A stretch of 63,378 bases of DNA, the filler included, from Pelomyxa schiedti (Eukaryota > Protista > Evosea): the NCBI GenBank assembly GCA_020536535.1. It is 16 parts of 16 records of this genome, joined end to end, with 100 filler letters (N's around TTAATTAATTAA, not from the genome) between each part and the next. Parts side by side here need not be neighbours in the genome. Positions count along the whole stretch, not along the records: positions 24,550 to 35,662 come from JAHLWZ010000089.1; positions 35,763 to 38,269 come from JAHLWZ010001972.1; positions 38,370 to 40,205 come from JAHLWZ010002246.1; positions 40,306 to 42,806 come from JAHLWZ010001976.1; positions 42,907 to 47,626 come from JAHLWZ010001560.1; 11 more parts are not named here. One strand, given 5' to 3'. Shown one piece after another: positions 31,783-44,615 of the stretch. The position numbers and the translations under genes were made by a program. Each line of letters opens with the position of its first letter. Position 1 is the stretch's first letter. Below the pieces are notes generated by a model. The model saw nothing but the letters and a program-made list of their open reading frames with translations, ran no database searches and was not told the DNA's origin.

Positions 31783-34700
31783 TCACGAATTGGAGGAGTC
31801 ACCAGGGCTCTGGCGTGATGGGGTGGAAGTGTTCTCGGACGGTTCGCTCTCCAGCATAGCCCGGCATAGACGGACCCACTGCCAGAGCTCCTTCACGTGA
31901 TTGTCGTCGACCGTGAAGCAGCAATGCGGGAACACCGCTGTTGGCAGTGGGATCGCGATTCCGGGCGGAATCCCCCGTTGCTGTGCCATGAGCATGGCCT
32001 CGAAGTATTTCAGCTGCATTCCCTGCCATATGCACAGCTTCGCCATCTTCCTGCGCAACCTCCTGCGCAACTGGCTAGCAGTTAGCACTCCTTGTTGCTG
32101 TGCTGGCTGTTGCTGCTGCTGCTGTTGTTGTTGAGGATGTAGTGGCGGTGGTGGTGGTTGATGTGGAAACATGGGCACAGGGAGCGGTGTTGGTGGTTGT
32201 GGGATATGGGGCTGAGTATTGGGTGCATGGACAAAAACCTGAACTGGATATTGTTGCTGTGGCTGGTGATGCTGCTGGGGCGGTGGGATATGATCATGAA
32301 CGGGTTGAGGAGGTGGGAAACATGACATGGTGAGTGGCGAAGGGGGCGGGTGCCCAAGTGACATTGGCATTTCGTCAAGATCCATCCCGGGGTAAATTGG
32401 TGGGGGACCAGGAATTGGTGGTGATTCGTGAGGCGGTTGCTCAACTGAGCATGATGATGCAGCAGGTGCCTGGGAGGGTGGAGCTTTCTTCTTTTTTTGG
32501 GGTTTGGCCGATAGATCAATCAATACTGCGTTTGTTTCAGCGCACAACATAGTGAATCTCTCAGTGAGATATCTCCCTTTCAGCAGCTGGCAGGACAGAT
32601 CCCTGAAGCAGAGTGAGGTGAATGTTACCTCAACTTTAGAACAAACAATACAAATTGGTGTGAGTAATCGTGATGCTCCCAAGTTGCAGATGCAGCGCCC
32701 TCCAAATATGAAATGAGATCCAGAAGGAACTTCCCCTTATTTGGGATGAAGATGCCCTGTATTGTTGACAATTAAGACCAAAAGTGAAAGACAAGTTTTG
32801 GAGTGACGGACCTGCATTTCAGGAAACAGAAAATCAGACAGCTTACTTATCAAGGGATCCAATGGGCTTGAACCTGTTTCACTCCCAAGGGAGGGATGAT
32901 TTACGCATGCTGGTGATGGCATCGGCATCATCGTGAAATTGGAGGGATCGGGAAGGGGAGCCGCACAGCTTTCTGTGCGCACTTCACCTGCCGAGCACAA
33001 ATTTGGCATTTGATTGACAACCTGCGTGTGATCGACGCCCTGCGAGAGGAAAGTTGCTGGGTCAGCGTTGAACGAAGGGGAGTGCACCGCCAGCTGCTGA
33101 TCTCCACCAGCAAACCCGTTTGTTTCTGGAGGATACGACCCGTGAGCGTATTGGGTGAACGCAGCATCAGGCCCCTGGAAGCTGTGAGGTGCACCACCAC
33201 TTTGCTGATCATGTGGAATAGTCTCGTCTGTTATCACGGCTGCTTCTCCAGGCAGAACTCCTGTGCTTCCATTTCCAATTGGCAATTGGTCTTCGAAACC
33301 CTCTGGATTTGCAGTCGCCCTCAGTGGCAGAGGATGAAAAGGTGCACCTTGCTCGATGGCTTGATGCATGACCGCGGAGCTTTCCAGAAACTGCTGGCGA
33401 GTATATGTATAAAGAGCTTCTGCTTGTGCTTCTGCTGTGCCTTGTGAAGGTGTAACTTGCTGCTGAAGCATCATTGGCACACTTGATGCTGACTCTGCTG
33501 TTACGCTGTTCTCTCGCTCAAAAGTGCCACCCACAGGACCACTAAAATTTGGAACCACGGCAGAACAACTCGTGATCCCTGGAGCAGCATTATCGGTGCT
33601 CCATGAGTTATTTTCAGCCTCATCTACCGATTTGGACGGCTGCGTTGGAGAGGCTTCCTTCATTTCGGCATCGGTTTCGTTGGGAGGATGTGAAGGATTC
33701 CCGGAGGATGAAACAGAGGACCATCTACCAAAAACAGAGGAAGAGTTGCCAGACGAGGAGGCATCTTTATTCAACGGCGAGAGGGTTGGTGACAGAGCCG
33801 GAGGAGGCGGGCTTGTGATATTGATAATAGCCTCACTCTGGCGAGGCGATGGTGATGGGGGAGCAGGAAGAGGAGGAGGGGGAAGTGCCTCGAGTGATGC
33901 TGGCTGTGGCTGCGGCTGTGACGTGGTAACAACAATTTGAGAGGAGACTTGATGAAGAGGAGGAGAGGGTGTTGCATTNNNNNNNNNNNNNNNNNNNNNN
34001 NNNNNNNNNNNNNNNNNNNNNNNNNNNNNNNNNNNNNNNNNNNNNNNNNNNNNNNNNNNNNNNNNNNNNNNNNNNNNNGGGGAGCAGGAAGAGGAGGAGG
34101 GGGAAGTGCCTCGAGTGATGCTGGCTGTGGCTGCGGCTGTGACGTGGTAACAACAATTTGAGAGGAGACTTGATGAAGAGGAGGAGAGGGTGTTGCATTA
34201 AGTTCTGAAGAAACGTCGGGTTGTTGCTGTTGCTGCTGTTGCTGTTGGATGGGCCCAAGTGATGCGGTCTGAGGTGGATTGGAGAAAATAGATTCATCAG
34301 AAGGGGGAATCTGATCACCGCTCGGAACCTCTTGGCTGTTATTGATGAACGGATCTTTGATGGGAGCACTTGTTGATTCGGAACCGGAATTTTCTGGTGC
34401 CTCATCAGCACCAGAACAACAATAAGAACCAGGGATGACGATGGTTGTTGGCAATTCAGGTTGCACTGACTTTCCTGTGTATTTTTCAGGGATTGGAACC
34501 GACACTGAGTCTGAGTCTGGGACCGGCACAGGTGGTTGGCTTGATTCGACTGAAGAGGTAGAAGTCGAAGTGGACATAGGAGCACAAGGCACAACAACCA
34601 CGACTTCCTTTTTCCCCTCACTTTTGCTCGATGGTGCTTGCTGTGTTTCGGCTTTCACATCCCGGTGCTGTTGTTGTTGTTGTCTTCCTCTCTCGGGGGC

Positions 34701-35662
34701 AGAGTGCAGTGGGGCACCACCGTGGCTTGAAATAATCTTGTGGACACTGATGTCTTCCCTCCTTGTTGGGCTTCTGCTCGTTTGTCTCTTGTGCCTTCGG
34801 GGGCTGCTTCCTCTCTTCGTTTTTTCCCTGCTTCTGCTCTTGCTTCTGCTCTTGCTTCTGCTCCTGCTCCTGCTCCTGCTCCGACTTCGCCTCTTGGAAG
34901 AAAAGGAAGGGGATGGGGAAGGGGTCTTTACATCCCATCCCGATGTGATCCTCTTTCTTGTGGAGTTGTCATGGCTCCTTTCAACTGGCTTCCTGTTTTC
35001 AGACTGGTATTGTTGCGCAGTCGATTGCCTTGTCTGCTGCTGCTGTTGGTGGTGATCATTTTCTGCCTTCAAATCCCGTTGTGGAGCAGGCAACGCAGTT
35101 TTTTCACTGCCTCGAGACCTTGCAGAAGAACTTTGATCTCGTTGTGAAACTCCCTTTCTTGATGAAATACTGATCTCAGGACGCTGCTTAATCGAATCAC
35201 TGCACTTCTTTTTGGGGACATCTTTCTGTGGAATTGCAGTGTTCTGTGTTGGTTGTGAGCAACGGCTTGTTTGTTGAGTGTGCGTGATCTTTGAGTTCTT
35301 CACATCTCCGTTCACTGTCTTGTTGATTTTTGGTGGAGGCATCAACTCTGTCTGTGAAAGTGATGGAAGTGAGCATGCTGGCTTTTTGTGAGTCTCGGAC
35401 TTTTCTGGTGCTGCTACTGTCGCAGCCGCAACTGTGACAGGCGCCTTGTCTGCAACACCTAAAGAGCCTTTTGTTGTTGTTTTTGGTTTTTTCTTTCTCG
35501 TTGTTTTCTTTGTTGAGGTTGTGGTGCATGTTGTCGTGGCACCACTGGTGTGTTGAGTGCCGCCACATTGTGCCAGGTACTCTGTCTCTGGAGCTACTTG
35601 TGGTGGATGATGACGAGAATGACGACGTGGCAGGTGGATGGAAGCGGGAGAGGAACCGGGCC
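31783..35662 (-). CDS. Large low-complexity protein (Ser/Arg, Gln, Pro-rich), 5' truncated
   Basis: One frame after collapsing the 121-bp gap duplication; RSRSRSRSKSRSKSRSR tract; GT-AG donors at 32811 and 32628 restore the frame; stop at 31783. Confidence 0.7.
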
Positions 35663-36015
35663 NNNNNNNNNNNNNNNNNNNNNNNNNNNNNNNNNNNNNN
35701 NNNNNNTTAATTAATTAANNNNNNNNNNNNNNNNNNNNNNNNNNNNNNNNNNNNNNNNNNNNTGATTACACAGGACCAAGTGAATGAAAGTATCACACAG
35801 TGGCTGTCATCACTCGCTCCTGCAATATCATCCGCTTCCACTTGTGGTTCTCCCTCACAACGACACCAACCAATACCACAACAACAAGCACGCACACAGG
35901 GAGGCTCGTAAACAACAAACAACAAACAACAAAGAACAAGTCCCAGTGGCTACCACCTACCTACTTTGTGTTTTTTTCATCATCGTCCGATTCAGCGAAT
36001 CAACAACAAAGGAGG

Positions 36016-38039
36016 ATGGCGACGATGTCATCGCGGTTCGGTCGACGCGGAACAGTCGAAATGGTTGTGGACGACACGTCGTCGGGAGTGGGCACGTTCA
36101 CGGGGCGCCTCGTCGACAGCAAGCGCGACGGCGGCGGGCGGTGCGCGGGCCCCGAGGGGTACACCTACGACGGCGAGTGGAGGGACGGCAGGCTCCACGG
36201 CCGCGGCGTGGCCAGGAGCCCCGGCGGCGGGACCAGCGATGAGATGCAGGGGTTTGGTGCCCAGAGGAGGAAGAAGATGACCGCGTCCACGGGGCAACGG
36301 CAGGAGACGAGGGTTGAGTATGAGACGGTGTACGAGGGGGAGTGGGAGCAGGGCAAGTGGCATGGGAGGGGGAACCTTCACAGTGGCTGGTGTGGGGCGA
36401 GGACAGGCCAGATTCAGGAACAGTGAGGGAGGAGTTAAGACCAGTGGTGTTGGGGAATTACAACTTACTGGTGTTTTCCAGGAACACGAAAGAGTGGCAT
36501 GTTGCCTTGGATGTGGTGACAACAGTAAGCAGCAGGAACAAAGAGTAAGGATGTTGGAAAATGAAGTGGGAAAACTCAGACATGAAGTTGAGCAGTTGTT
36601 GCTGGAAAAAGAAAACCAAGTTGAAAAAGCAGACAACGCTGTTGACCACATTCTGCAGCACATTAAGCAAGGGTCTTGGGTCAGGTCCCTTTTTTCAGCC
36701 ACAGAGGCAAGAACAGGAGTACAACTCGCAACCGCACAGCAGGCAAATAATAACATTACTGGAAGCAGGATACTACCTGGCACAGTGTGCCCCTGTTTAC
36801 TGAAGGAAGTTTCAGTCACATTAGAAAGGCCTAACATTACATTTAATGAAGTCTTTTGCTCTTTGTGCCCATTTGACAAGGTAAAAAAAGGACAAACAAT
36901 AAAGTAACACCTCTTGATCTAAATCTGACAACAATCACCAAAAGATTGTGAAGATGGAAATTGAAAAGAGATTTGGGGTTGATGGTAAATCAGCGGAACT
37001 ACCACTTTCCAAGACAGTATCATTGTCTCAACTCTCCCTGAGTATTCCTCCTTCTCTAGTCCCAGGTTTTCTCTTCTCTCCTCACATTTCAAACACTCCA
37101 CTGAAATGTAAAGCACAACCAGTGCATGCTAAGGTAAGAATTTCACCAGTGATGGACTTTAAAGAAACAGACCTGAGATTCTCCCCAACACTGGGGTGTG
37201 GGGCCTGTGGCAGTGTGTTCAAATGCATACACATTCCAACATCAAGGGAAGTCACAGTGAAGTTACTTCATGAGTTGGTAAGGTCAGAGTTCAGCATTAG
37301 CAAATTCAAGATGGAATTAGAGGTTTGTCTCTGAACTTGGAAGAAATAACCACATAAAAACACAGATTATGAGTGGGTTCCAGCATCCAAACATTGTGCA
37401 GTGCCTCGGTGCATGCACAAAAACTTCTGGGGAACTTTGGATTGTGTCTGAACTCATGTGTTGCAGTCTCAGGCAGGTCCTTCACCAGGTTTTTATTATG
37501 TATGCACCAATTTTAGAAAATTCGATTCAAAAATAGAAACACCTGAATTTCCCAGAAGTTGTGGCCATTGCACTTTGTGTTTCCAAGGGAATGGAAAGCA
37601 TTCACAGGTATTATTTACAGCACAAAAAGCAGTTTTTTATAAAACAACCATGCTTGTACACAGGCAAAACTACATGTTCTGCGATTTGAGCAGCAACAAC
37701 ATCCTTTTGGATTCAGATGGTACTCCAAAAATATGTGATTTTGGTGTGGCCACCAAATGCGACCCACATGAGGAGCTGTGGCCATGTGTAGGTACAGTAC
37801 TTTACATGTCATGTGTACACAAGACATTATACAGCAAAAGGTTTGGTTCCTTCCCGGTTCCTTCACCAAAAAAAATCACAGGGGATGTGTGGAGCTTTGG
37901 GATTCTGACCACTGAAATGGTCTGTGGTGAAGTCCCTGCTGTCTCTCGACAGTTCCTTTCAGTGCAGGTGATTCATGAGTTCCTCCCTGCCTACACGAAA
38001 TCCTTTCCTGGTGATGCCGAAGGTTGGCACCCAAATTGA
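36016..38039 (+). pseudogene. MORN repeats + coiled coil + protein kinase, frameshifted and probably non-functional
   Basis: YDGEWRDGRLHGRG and YEGEWEQGKWHGRG; frameshift near 36370; LGCGACGSV, VTVK, HPNIV, FCDLSSNN (HRD altered), DFG, DVWSFG; C-lobe tail broken. Confidence 0.75.
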
Positions 38040-38106
38040 CAGGATGACAACCCACCATAACAGAGGTAGACAGGCTTTGCCATGAAGCTAGTGTGTTTCC
38101 CATTAG

Positions 38107-38269
38107 ACTTCCCCTAAAACAGTCAACAGCCAACTGGTGCGTTGTCTCTCAGCCAGTAAATTGGTTGTCAGCCAGTAAATTGCTTGTCAGCCTCCACATG
38201 GCGTGGAAGCTGACACAAGGCATGGCAGCCAGCACGTTTGGTGCCAGCTGATGGGTTAGTGTGACAGCC
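38107..38269 (+). repeat. Dispersed repeat, copy A (runs into contig end)
   Basis: Starts ACTTCCCCTAAAAC and aligns with 44616 onward; internal 19-nt tandem 38150-38187. Confidence 0.8.
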
Positions 38270-38369
38270 NNNNNNNNNNNNNNNNNNNNNNNNNNNNNNN
38301 NNNNNNNNNNNNNTTAATTAATTAANNNNNNNNNNNNNNNNNNNNNNNNNNNNNNNNNNNNNNNNNNNN

Positions 38370-38594
38370 AACCACAAGTTCATCGGCAGCCGCCTCAATG
38401 GTGACATGTGCCGGTTCACAACCAAAGCCCTCGTGGATTCGTTCCCACTGCCGCCTCCCTTTGTTCCTACCAAACCACCCGACCCGCGAGCGGAGGCTTT
38501 CGTGACCGTGCTAATGGACATGATGAACCCACAGAAGAACCTCAGGATGTCCGCCGCCCGTGCAATCACATTGCTCACGCCCTTACTCTGTTGA
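38370..38594 (+). CDS. C-terminal fragment of another ankyrin-kinase-family kinase
   Basis: HKFIG...DMCRFTT...VLMDMMNPQKNLRMSAARAI aligns with the tails of 21943 and 18457. Confidence 0.7.
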   Translation, partial: NHKFIGSRLNGDMCRFTTKALVDSFPLPPPFVPTKPPDPRAEAFVTVLMDMMNPQKNLRMSAARAITLLTPLLC

Positions 38595-38634
38595 GCCATT
38601 CTGTTCTGTAACCCTCTTTGGTTGGGAATATTTT

Positions 38635-39582
38635 TCATTCAGTTTGTGTGCTGATTTTCTGTGCTGTACCTGTGGCTGGGGAGCCACTGCCTGTGCTTGT
38701 GCTTGTGCTTGTGTTTGCTGCCGCAGCTGCTGCGAGGAGGCGTGACTTGGAGCTTCTTCTTGTTGTCATGGTGGTTGTCGAAACAGGGGGAGTACTGCTG
38801 CCTACTGTTGGTGGTGATGCTGAAGCCGAGGTTGCTGCGGGCTTGGCTTTGGCCTTGGGTTTGTGCGTGGCTGGGCTTGGTTTGTAGTGCTTTGGTTGCG
38901 GCTGCTGCGGCTCACCACCACCACCATCGTCATCACCTTCGTCATCCACAGCATTCTTTCCAATTTTTGTCCCACTGCCGTTCTCGTTTGTCGACTGCGC
39001 AGTTGCCGCCGAGGAAACTGCCGAGTCCGCTGCAGCCTGCTGCTTCGATGCAGCAGCCTCCTTCTTTATCCCCCCCAGCCCCTGCTTCCTTGCGGGCGTG
39101 ATTGTCTCCACGCCCCAGCCCCCCTGTGCCTGTGCCTTGGCCTGCTGCTGCCTGCGGAGGGGGTGGTGCCCCCCAATCGTCGTAGTGCTGGCGGCCTGCT
39201 GTGCGCCCCCAATAGCTTCCGCCTTCTGCTGCTGCTGGTGCTGCTGCTGCTGCCTGAGCTCGCGGTCTACCAGGTCGGCGAGCTGCTGCTCGGAGGCTGG
39301 GTCGCTGGACCGCAGCAGATCCAGGGCGTGCCTCAGCGTGGCCACCGCGGCCGCGTGCTCGTCGCTCATCTGGGCGCCGCCTGGAGACGAGGACGCGGAG
39401 CCGAGGGCGCCGGGACCACCCCCGCCGCCCCCGCCCACGCCGCCGCGGCCGACGATGGCTGGCGAGCGCCCGGCGTTGGGGCCGTGGTGCGCCATCCCGT
39501 ATTGCGACTGCTTCGATGGCGATGGCGACGATAGCCCCATCCCGACCCCGCTACGTTTCGTCACCACCGTGTGGAGCATCAT
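38635..39582 (-). CDS. Hypothetical low-complexity protein with a short helical segment
   Basis: Long open frame with ATG at 39582/39579; DEHAAAVATLRHALDLLRSSDPASEQQLADLVDREL; Q/A/T-rich. Confidence 0.6.
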   Translation of the reverse strand: MMLHTVVTKRSGVGMGLSSPSPSKQSQYGMAHHGPNAGRSPAIVGRGGVGGGGGGGPGALGSASSSPGGAQMSDEHAAAVATLRHALDLLRSSDPASEQQLADLVDRELRQQQQHQQQQKAEAIGGAQQAASTTTIGGHHPLRRQQQAKAQAQGGWGVETITPARKQGLGGIKKEAAASKQQAAADSAVSSAATAQSTNENGSGTKIGKNAVDDEGDDDGGGGEPQQPQPKHYKPSPATHKPKAKAKPAATSASASPPTVGSSTPPVSTTTMTTRRSSKSRLLAAAAAANTSTSTSTGSGSPATGTAQKISTQTE

Positions 39583-39627
39583 CTCCAAAACACAAGAAGA
39601 AAAAAAAGTGGTTCGGTGATCACAACA

Positions 39628-40205
39628 ATGCTTGTCAACTACGAATCGTCGGACGACGAGGACAACGGTGGAGACAGCACGCCAACGCACGACTCAACAA
39701 CATCAACGTCATCCCCACCTGCCAACAGCAAAAAAGCCGACGACATCAAAAGCACACAGGAAACCCACGACGACCCTCGTGCGCTGAGCGACTATGGTGA
39801 TGGGACCAATTGCACCAATCGTGGAGAAACTAGTGTGACCCCGGGCGCGACCAAAACAGCCGTTGTTGAGGCTGCTGAAGGACTTCACACACATTTGGAT
39901 CATGACCGGTCAGAAGGGGTCCACACGCAGGTGGTGCCAGAATCACGGTCAGGAGTAATACAATTGGCTCACACGGCAGAGCCACTATCTGGCGCGCAAT
40001 CAGAATCACGGTCAGTATTGGCGTCAACGGCTGTGGAAAGTGCGGCTGCAGAAGTAACAGGGCCTGTGGCTAAGAGGCCTAGGATTGTGTCTGTGGATTT
40101 ACCCCCTGTGTGTGACCTGCTCAACGTGGGCACAAAGGCCCCATTGCCAAAGTTCCTGCACCCAAACACAGCTCCCTCGCAGCAAGAATTTGTGTGGGAA
40201 GCACA
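39628..40205 (+). CDS. Hypothetical protein with MLVNYESSDDE N-terminus (partial)
   Basis: LV.Y.SSD.E start resembles the leaders of several nuclear RNA-processing proteins; KRPR NLS-like motif; truncated by linker. Confidence 0.6.
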
Positions 40206-40741
40206 NNNNNNNNNNNNNNNNNNNNNNNNNNNNNNNNNNNNNNNNNNNNTTAATTAATTAANNNNNNNNNNNNNNNNNNNNNNNNNNNNNNNNNNNNNNN
40301 NNNNNAATCCGTCTCTCTGTGGGGTTAAAACCGTCATCACAGAACCCTTTTCTTCTTGTTTCCTCTGGCACAAGTGTTAAAACCGTTATTCGTCATGCCA
40401 AGATCCTGCGGTTCGAGTTCCACTTCCAGCATTCATTTTTTGTAGAATGGTAGAGGATTCCGGCCATTTTTTGATAACTCGGTTATTTTTTTTGTCTATT
40501 TGTGACCGTCTGGAAAATTTTCTGGCACACATGGATTTGGAACCTCCACCCTTTCTGCTGATGAACGGCAGTTTTACCCCTTGCGCAACCCCGAGATAAC
40601 ACTTAGAAAAGACCGAGTTGAGAAGAAAATTGTTGCTAAAACGGGCAAAAACCAGGGTGTAAAAGTGCTCACCAGGACTGTGCGGGATAGCACTTTTTTC
40701 TCACTACACTATTTGTGTAACAACCAAAAAGCCGAAAGGCG

Positions 40742-41909
40742 ATGCTTACGCCCTCGTACTCGTACGCGATGGGTGTTACGACCCCGACAATTGTGGGAAT
40801 GGGTGGCCCGGCATCGCATACAGTTGGGCCTAGGAGGGGCCCGCTGGGCACCAACGCGGCGGCGGCGCCCCAGTGCTTGGATTATGGGAGGCTGTCGGTG
40901 CACCCCCGGTACACAGCAGCAGCAGCAGGGAGGCCGACCGCGAGGGCGTTGCACGAGGCACAGCGCGCGATGCTGTTAATAAGCCCCACCGCGTCGTTTT
41001 GTGACCAGCAGCCACAGCAGCAGCAACAAGTTGGCGACTACTACTACCCGGTCGCAACAACAACAACACAAAACCCCGGTCGTGGCCAACAAACGAGACA
41101 CTCGTCGTCGTCCACATCGGCTACATCATCAGCAACATCGACGGCAGAAGCTTCGATTGTTGACAGGACTGTAAGTACCAACACTACCACAACAACTAGT
41201 AGTGGTGGTGGTGGTAGGGGACCGTCACCGGTTGTTCTTCCACCGGGGTACGGCCCCTACAGGGGTGGTGGTGGGACACAAGGGAGTGGGGGGGAAGCCC
41301 GCAATTCCAGAAGCGGAAGTGAAAACTCACATAAGGAACCCCCGGTTGAGAACAGGAAAAAGCTGGAGGGGGAGGATGGTGGCTGTAGTAGGGATAAGGA
41401 TGGGGACAGGGATAGGGAGGGAGGGGGAAATGAAGAGGAAGGGGTTTCTGTAGGGGAGTTAAAGGAGAGGGTGGAGATACTTACAGCCCAGCTACACACT
41501 TCGCGTGTAATTGCGACTGCAGCTTGTGCAGCCCATGACCAAATTAGGTATCAGGCCTCCCCCTTTTTTTGTTTGATTGTCTCATCGGCAAATCAGGAAA
41601 ACGTCACAAATTGATATATCAAATGCCAAGAATGCAGCCACTACGCGTGTATTGAAATCGGTTGTTCTCGACTTGTATGATGACCTAAACGCCATCACTC
41701 AATTTCCTACCTCCCAACAAAACTCAGCAAATGTGTCCACTAAAGAGGGAGAGGTGGTGACACCTCCCAACTCCCAAGTAACAACAACACCCGCAAATCA
41801 GAACAATGCGTGCACCGAAGCTGTGAGCATTGTGAAGCGCGACTTACTGACAAGGTCTATGGTAGAACGTTTACACTCAAAGGGCATTCTAATCATAACA
41901 CAGGCTTAA
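40742..41909 (+). CDS. Hypothetical protein with coiled coil, two exons
   Basis: 49-nt intron 41548-41596 joins HDQI-R-KTSQID in frame; stop at 41909. Confidence 0.7.
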
Positions 41910-42208
41910 GAACATTGGTGTTGATAAGATAGAGATTCAGCCCGGCACAACTAAATTCGACCCGAGTCTGCACGAGGTAACACATGTAAATCAATATGAA
42001 AAAATTATTAATTGGTTTTTACCCGCACAGGCATTTTCTGTGACACCAACAGCAGAGACTAGCCCCGGTAAAGTGATGAATGTTGCCAGAGATGGGTTCA
42101 CCCTCAATAATACGGTGCTACTACGACCGGCCCTCGTCACAATCTCAGCGACCACGGAACAAAAGAAACCATAACACACCCCAAGTACGCAACAGAAAAA
42201 AAAAATTC

Positions 42209-42281
42209 AGGCTCCAGTGGGAATCGAACCCGCGATCTTCGCTTTACGAGAGCGACGCTTTGCCAACTAAGCCATGAAGCC
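42209..42281 (-). tRNA. tRNA-Thr(CGT)
   Basis: GGCTTCA/TGGAGCC acceptor, GCTT-AAGC D-arm, TCGCT-CT CGT AA-AGCGA anticodon arm, TTCGATT T-loop, downstream T-run. Confidence 0.95.
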
Positions 42282-42380
42282 TTCACAGAAGCTCAAGGGC
42301 TTCTCTGTGCATCCTGAAGCAGAGACACAGAACTTGAAAATGGTCAATAAAAATGCATGCCTGAAGTTTTCTTTTCTCAA

Positions 42381-42451
42381 GGCTCTGTTGTTTAGTGGCA
42401 GAATACTTGTTTAGGGTACAAGTGGCCCCGGTTCGATTCCGGGCAGAGCCC
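42381..42451 (+). tRNA. tRNA-Pro(AGG)
   Basis: GGCTCTG/CAGAGCC acceptor, CTTGT-TT AGG GT-ACAAG, CCCGG-TTCGATT-CCGGG, C discriminator, downstream T-run. Confidence 0.93.
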
Positions 42452-43139
42452 GATATTTTTTTTGTTTGTATTCTTTCCGAATGCCTGTGGCAATTGTTAA
42501 CAGTTGTTGCACTTTCCTTTCGTTCCTTTGGTGGGTGTATCAGGAGGAACGAGGGTGAAAGAAGTGCCCTTTGTGGTGTCTTTTTTTATTGGGGATCTGA
42601 TTGCCATCTGTCTCAATGTTAAAACCTTGTCAGAGGTGTGAGGACTACCTCCCCGATCATTGCTTCGAATAATTCATTAACTCCGCTGCCTCCTTGTGCA
42701 CAGGTCTCGTGGTAAATCCAGCTGTTTTTCTGTGCGAAATTGGTGGCAGTGTCAGACTCAATAGCTCTGTCACTTTTGTCTGATTTGTTCCCAACAAGGA
42801 AAACAANNNNNNNNNNNNNNNNNNNNNNNNNNNNNNNNNNNNNNNNNNNNTTAATTAATTAANNNNNNNNNNNNNNNNNNNNNNNNNNNNNNNNNNNNNN
42901 NNNNNNTGAAAGATGATGAAGCAAGAAGAAACCACTGCAACCAACCCATGGCTTATTTTTTCTTTTCTTTTTTTCCACTTTGGCTGACTCTTCTTCAGAC
43001 TCTGGTGCGTTACTGGTGCACTGTGTTGGGTGAAGGTGCGCATATTACATATATATATGTGCATCGCCCACTTTTGCCATGGCTTTGGACACCAGCAACG
43101 CAAAGTATGATGATGATGATCTCCACTCACTCTCCTAAC

Positions 43140-43170
<31 letters not shown>

Positions 43171-43706
43171 CAGGTTGTGTGGTGGGCCTGTGGAAACAAA
43201 ACAGAAAAAGGGGAAGAAGGAAAGAGTGTGGGAAGTGGCCTGTGGCGGGGGCTACCGAAACCGCCAGAGATCCGCCAAAAACGAAAAAATTTGGATATGG
43301 AAGGGGACGCTTTCGTGCGCGTACTACTAGTGGTTCACTGTTCCTTCCACTTGCCAATATTTCCCCTCCTCTTCCCCTTTTGGAAAACTCCCAACCCCCT
43401 GGCATTTTGGGAGCAGAAAACAAGGTGATTTATATCCCCAACTCACGATTTTTCTTTATGTTTGCCTCTCACACCCCCCTCCCCTTTCCACAAACACACA
43501 CACATCTAGGCTTTTTTATTATTATTGTTGTTGTTGTTGTGGGGTTTTTTTTCCCCACCTACTCTCATCCAGCTTGTGGGTCAGCCACAGTCAGTGAGGT
43601 TTGCTCTCCTCTCCTTCATTGCACACACTTATTCAATAGAAATCAACAAACAAAATGTTAACAAAACAACAGCACCACCATAAGGTTTGTTGAGTTTAGC
43701 CAACTC

Positions 43707-44590
43707 TCAACTGATATTCTTCCCTGTGTCACAGATGTCACACATATCAGTTTGTCTTTCACTGTGTTTGTAATTGTGAGGTATCATGTTTAAAAGTGTT
43801 GTTGTGACTGAGAGGTGTTGCTGCCCTCTTGTGGTGGCAGTGTTGTTGTTGGACATACCCTTCTGTTTCTCAATAAACTCCCTCACAAGGGATTTCTTGG
43901 AGTCATCCAAGATTCTTGCTGTTTCGGTTTGTTTAGTACCATCAGGGTGATGCATCACGTGATGCTTGTGTCATTTCAAAGTCTCCTGTGGGATGTGACC
44001 AACAATGTGCAGGAGTGTGTGAGCCATTTGGTGGTCTTTCTGCCATTGGTATTGGTGTGCTCTTCAACGATTTTATTGAACATCAGTTGAAGCTGTCCCA
44101 TGTCAATCCCATCAGAGAAGGAGATGTGGGGAATTTGATTGTTGACTTCAAGGCATGCCTTGAATGTCTCCCTCTGGAAGAAGAAATCGATGTTAAAATT
44201 GACCACATATATGGCCGATCTACACATAGGGTAGACATAGTTTAAATACAAGACACAAAACAATGGTGGGCCAGCTTAGTATACCCTACAATTGAACAAC
44301 AAACACAAGTTCTAGATTATTTTGGGGGCTTGCACAATTACCAGGGTTTCCCAGGACAAGGAAGTCTAATTAACTAACTACTGCAGCAAAAAAGATTGCA
44401 TTCCTTGTGTTTGATGTTTTGCGCGAGCCACTCCTTCACTTGTGTGCGAAAACGCTCCATGTTGTTATGATTGCCGTTACGTCCGTAATCGATTCGACTA
44501 GGGCCTTGCTTCGCTGCGGCTCCTTTGATTATCGTATCTTTTCTTTTCTATCGATGTGTTCCACAAAAGCAACCCCCAGCAGGACCTGAC
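43707..44590 (-). mobile_element. Possible decayed DNA-transposon coding remnant
   Basis: Stop- and shift-broken frames ending KHSERQTDMCDICDTG; a D.CD.C motif recalls some DDE transposases. Abuts the dispersed repeat. No catalytic triad seen. Confidence 0.3.
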
Positions 44591-44615
44591 GGCCATTCCC
44601 TCAAGTCCGCTGTAT

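Noticed and set aside
42284-42312. Small hairpin between the two tRNA genes
   Set aside because: Nine-bp stem with a 2-nt bulge is within chance expectation.
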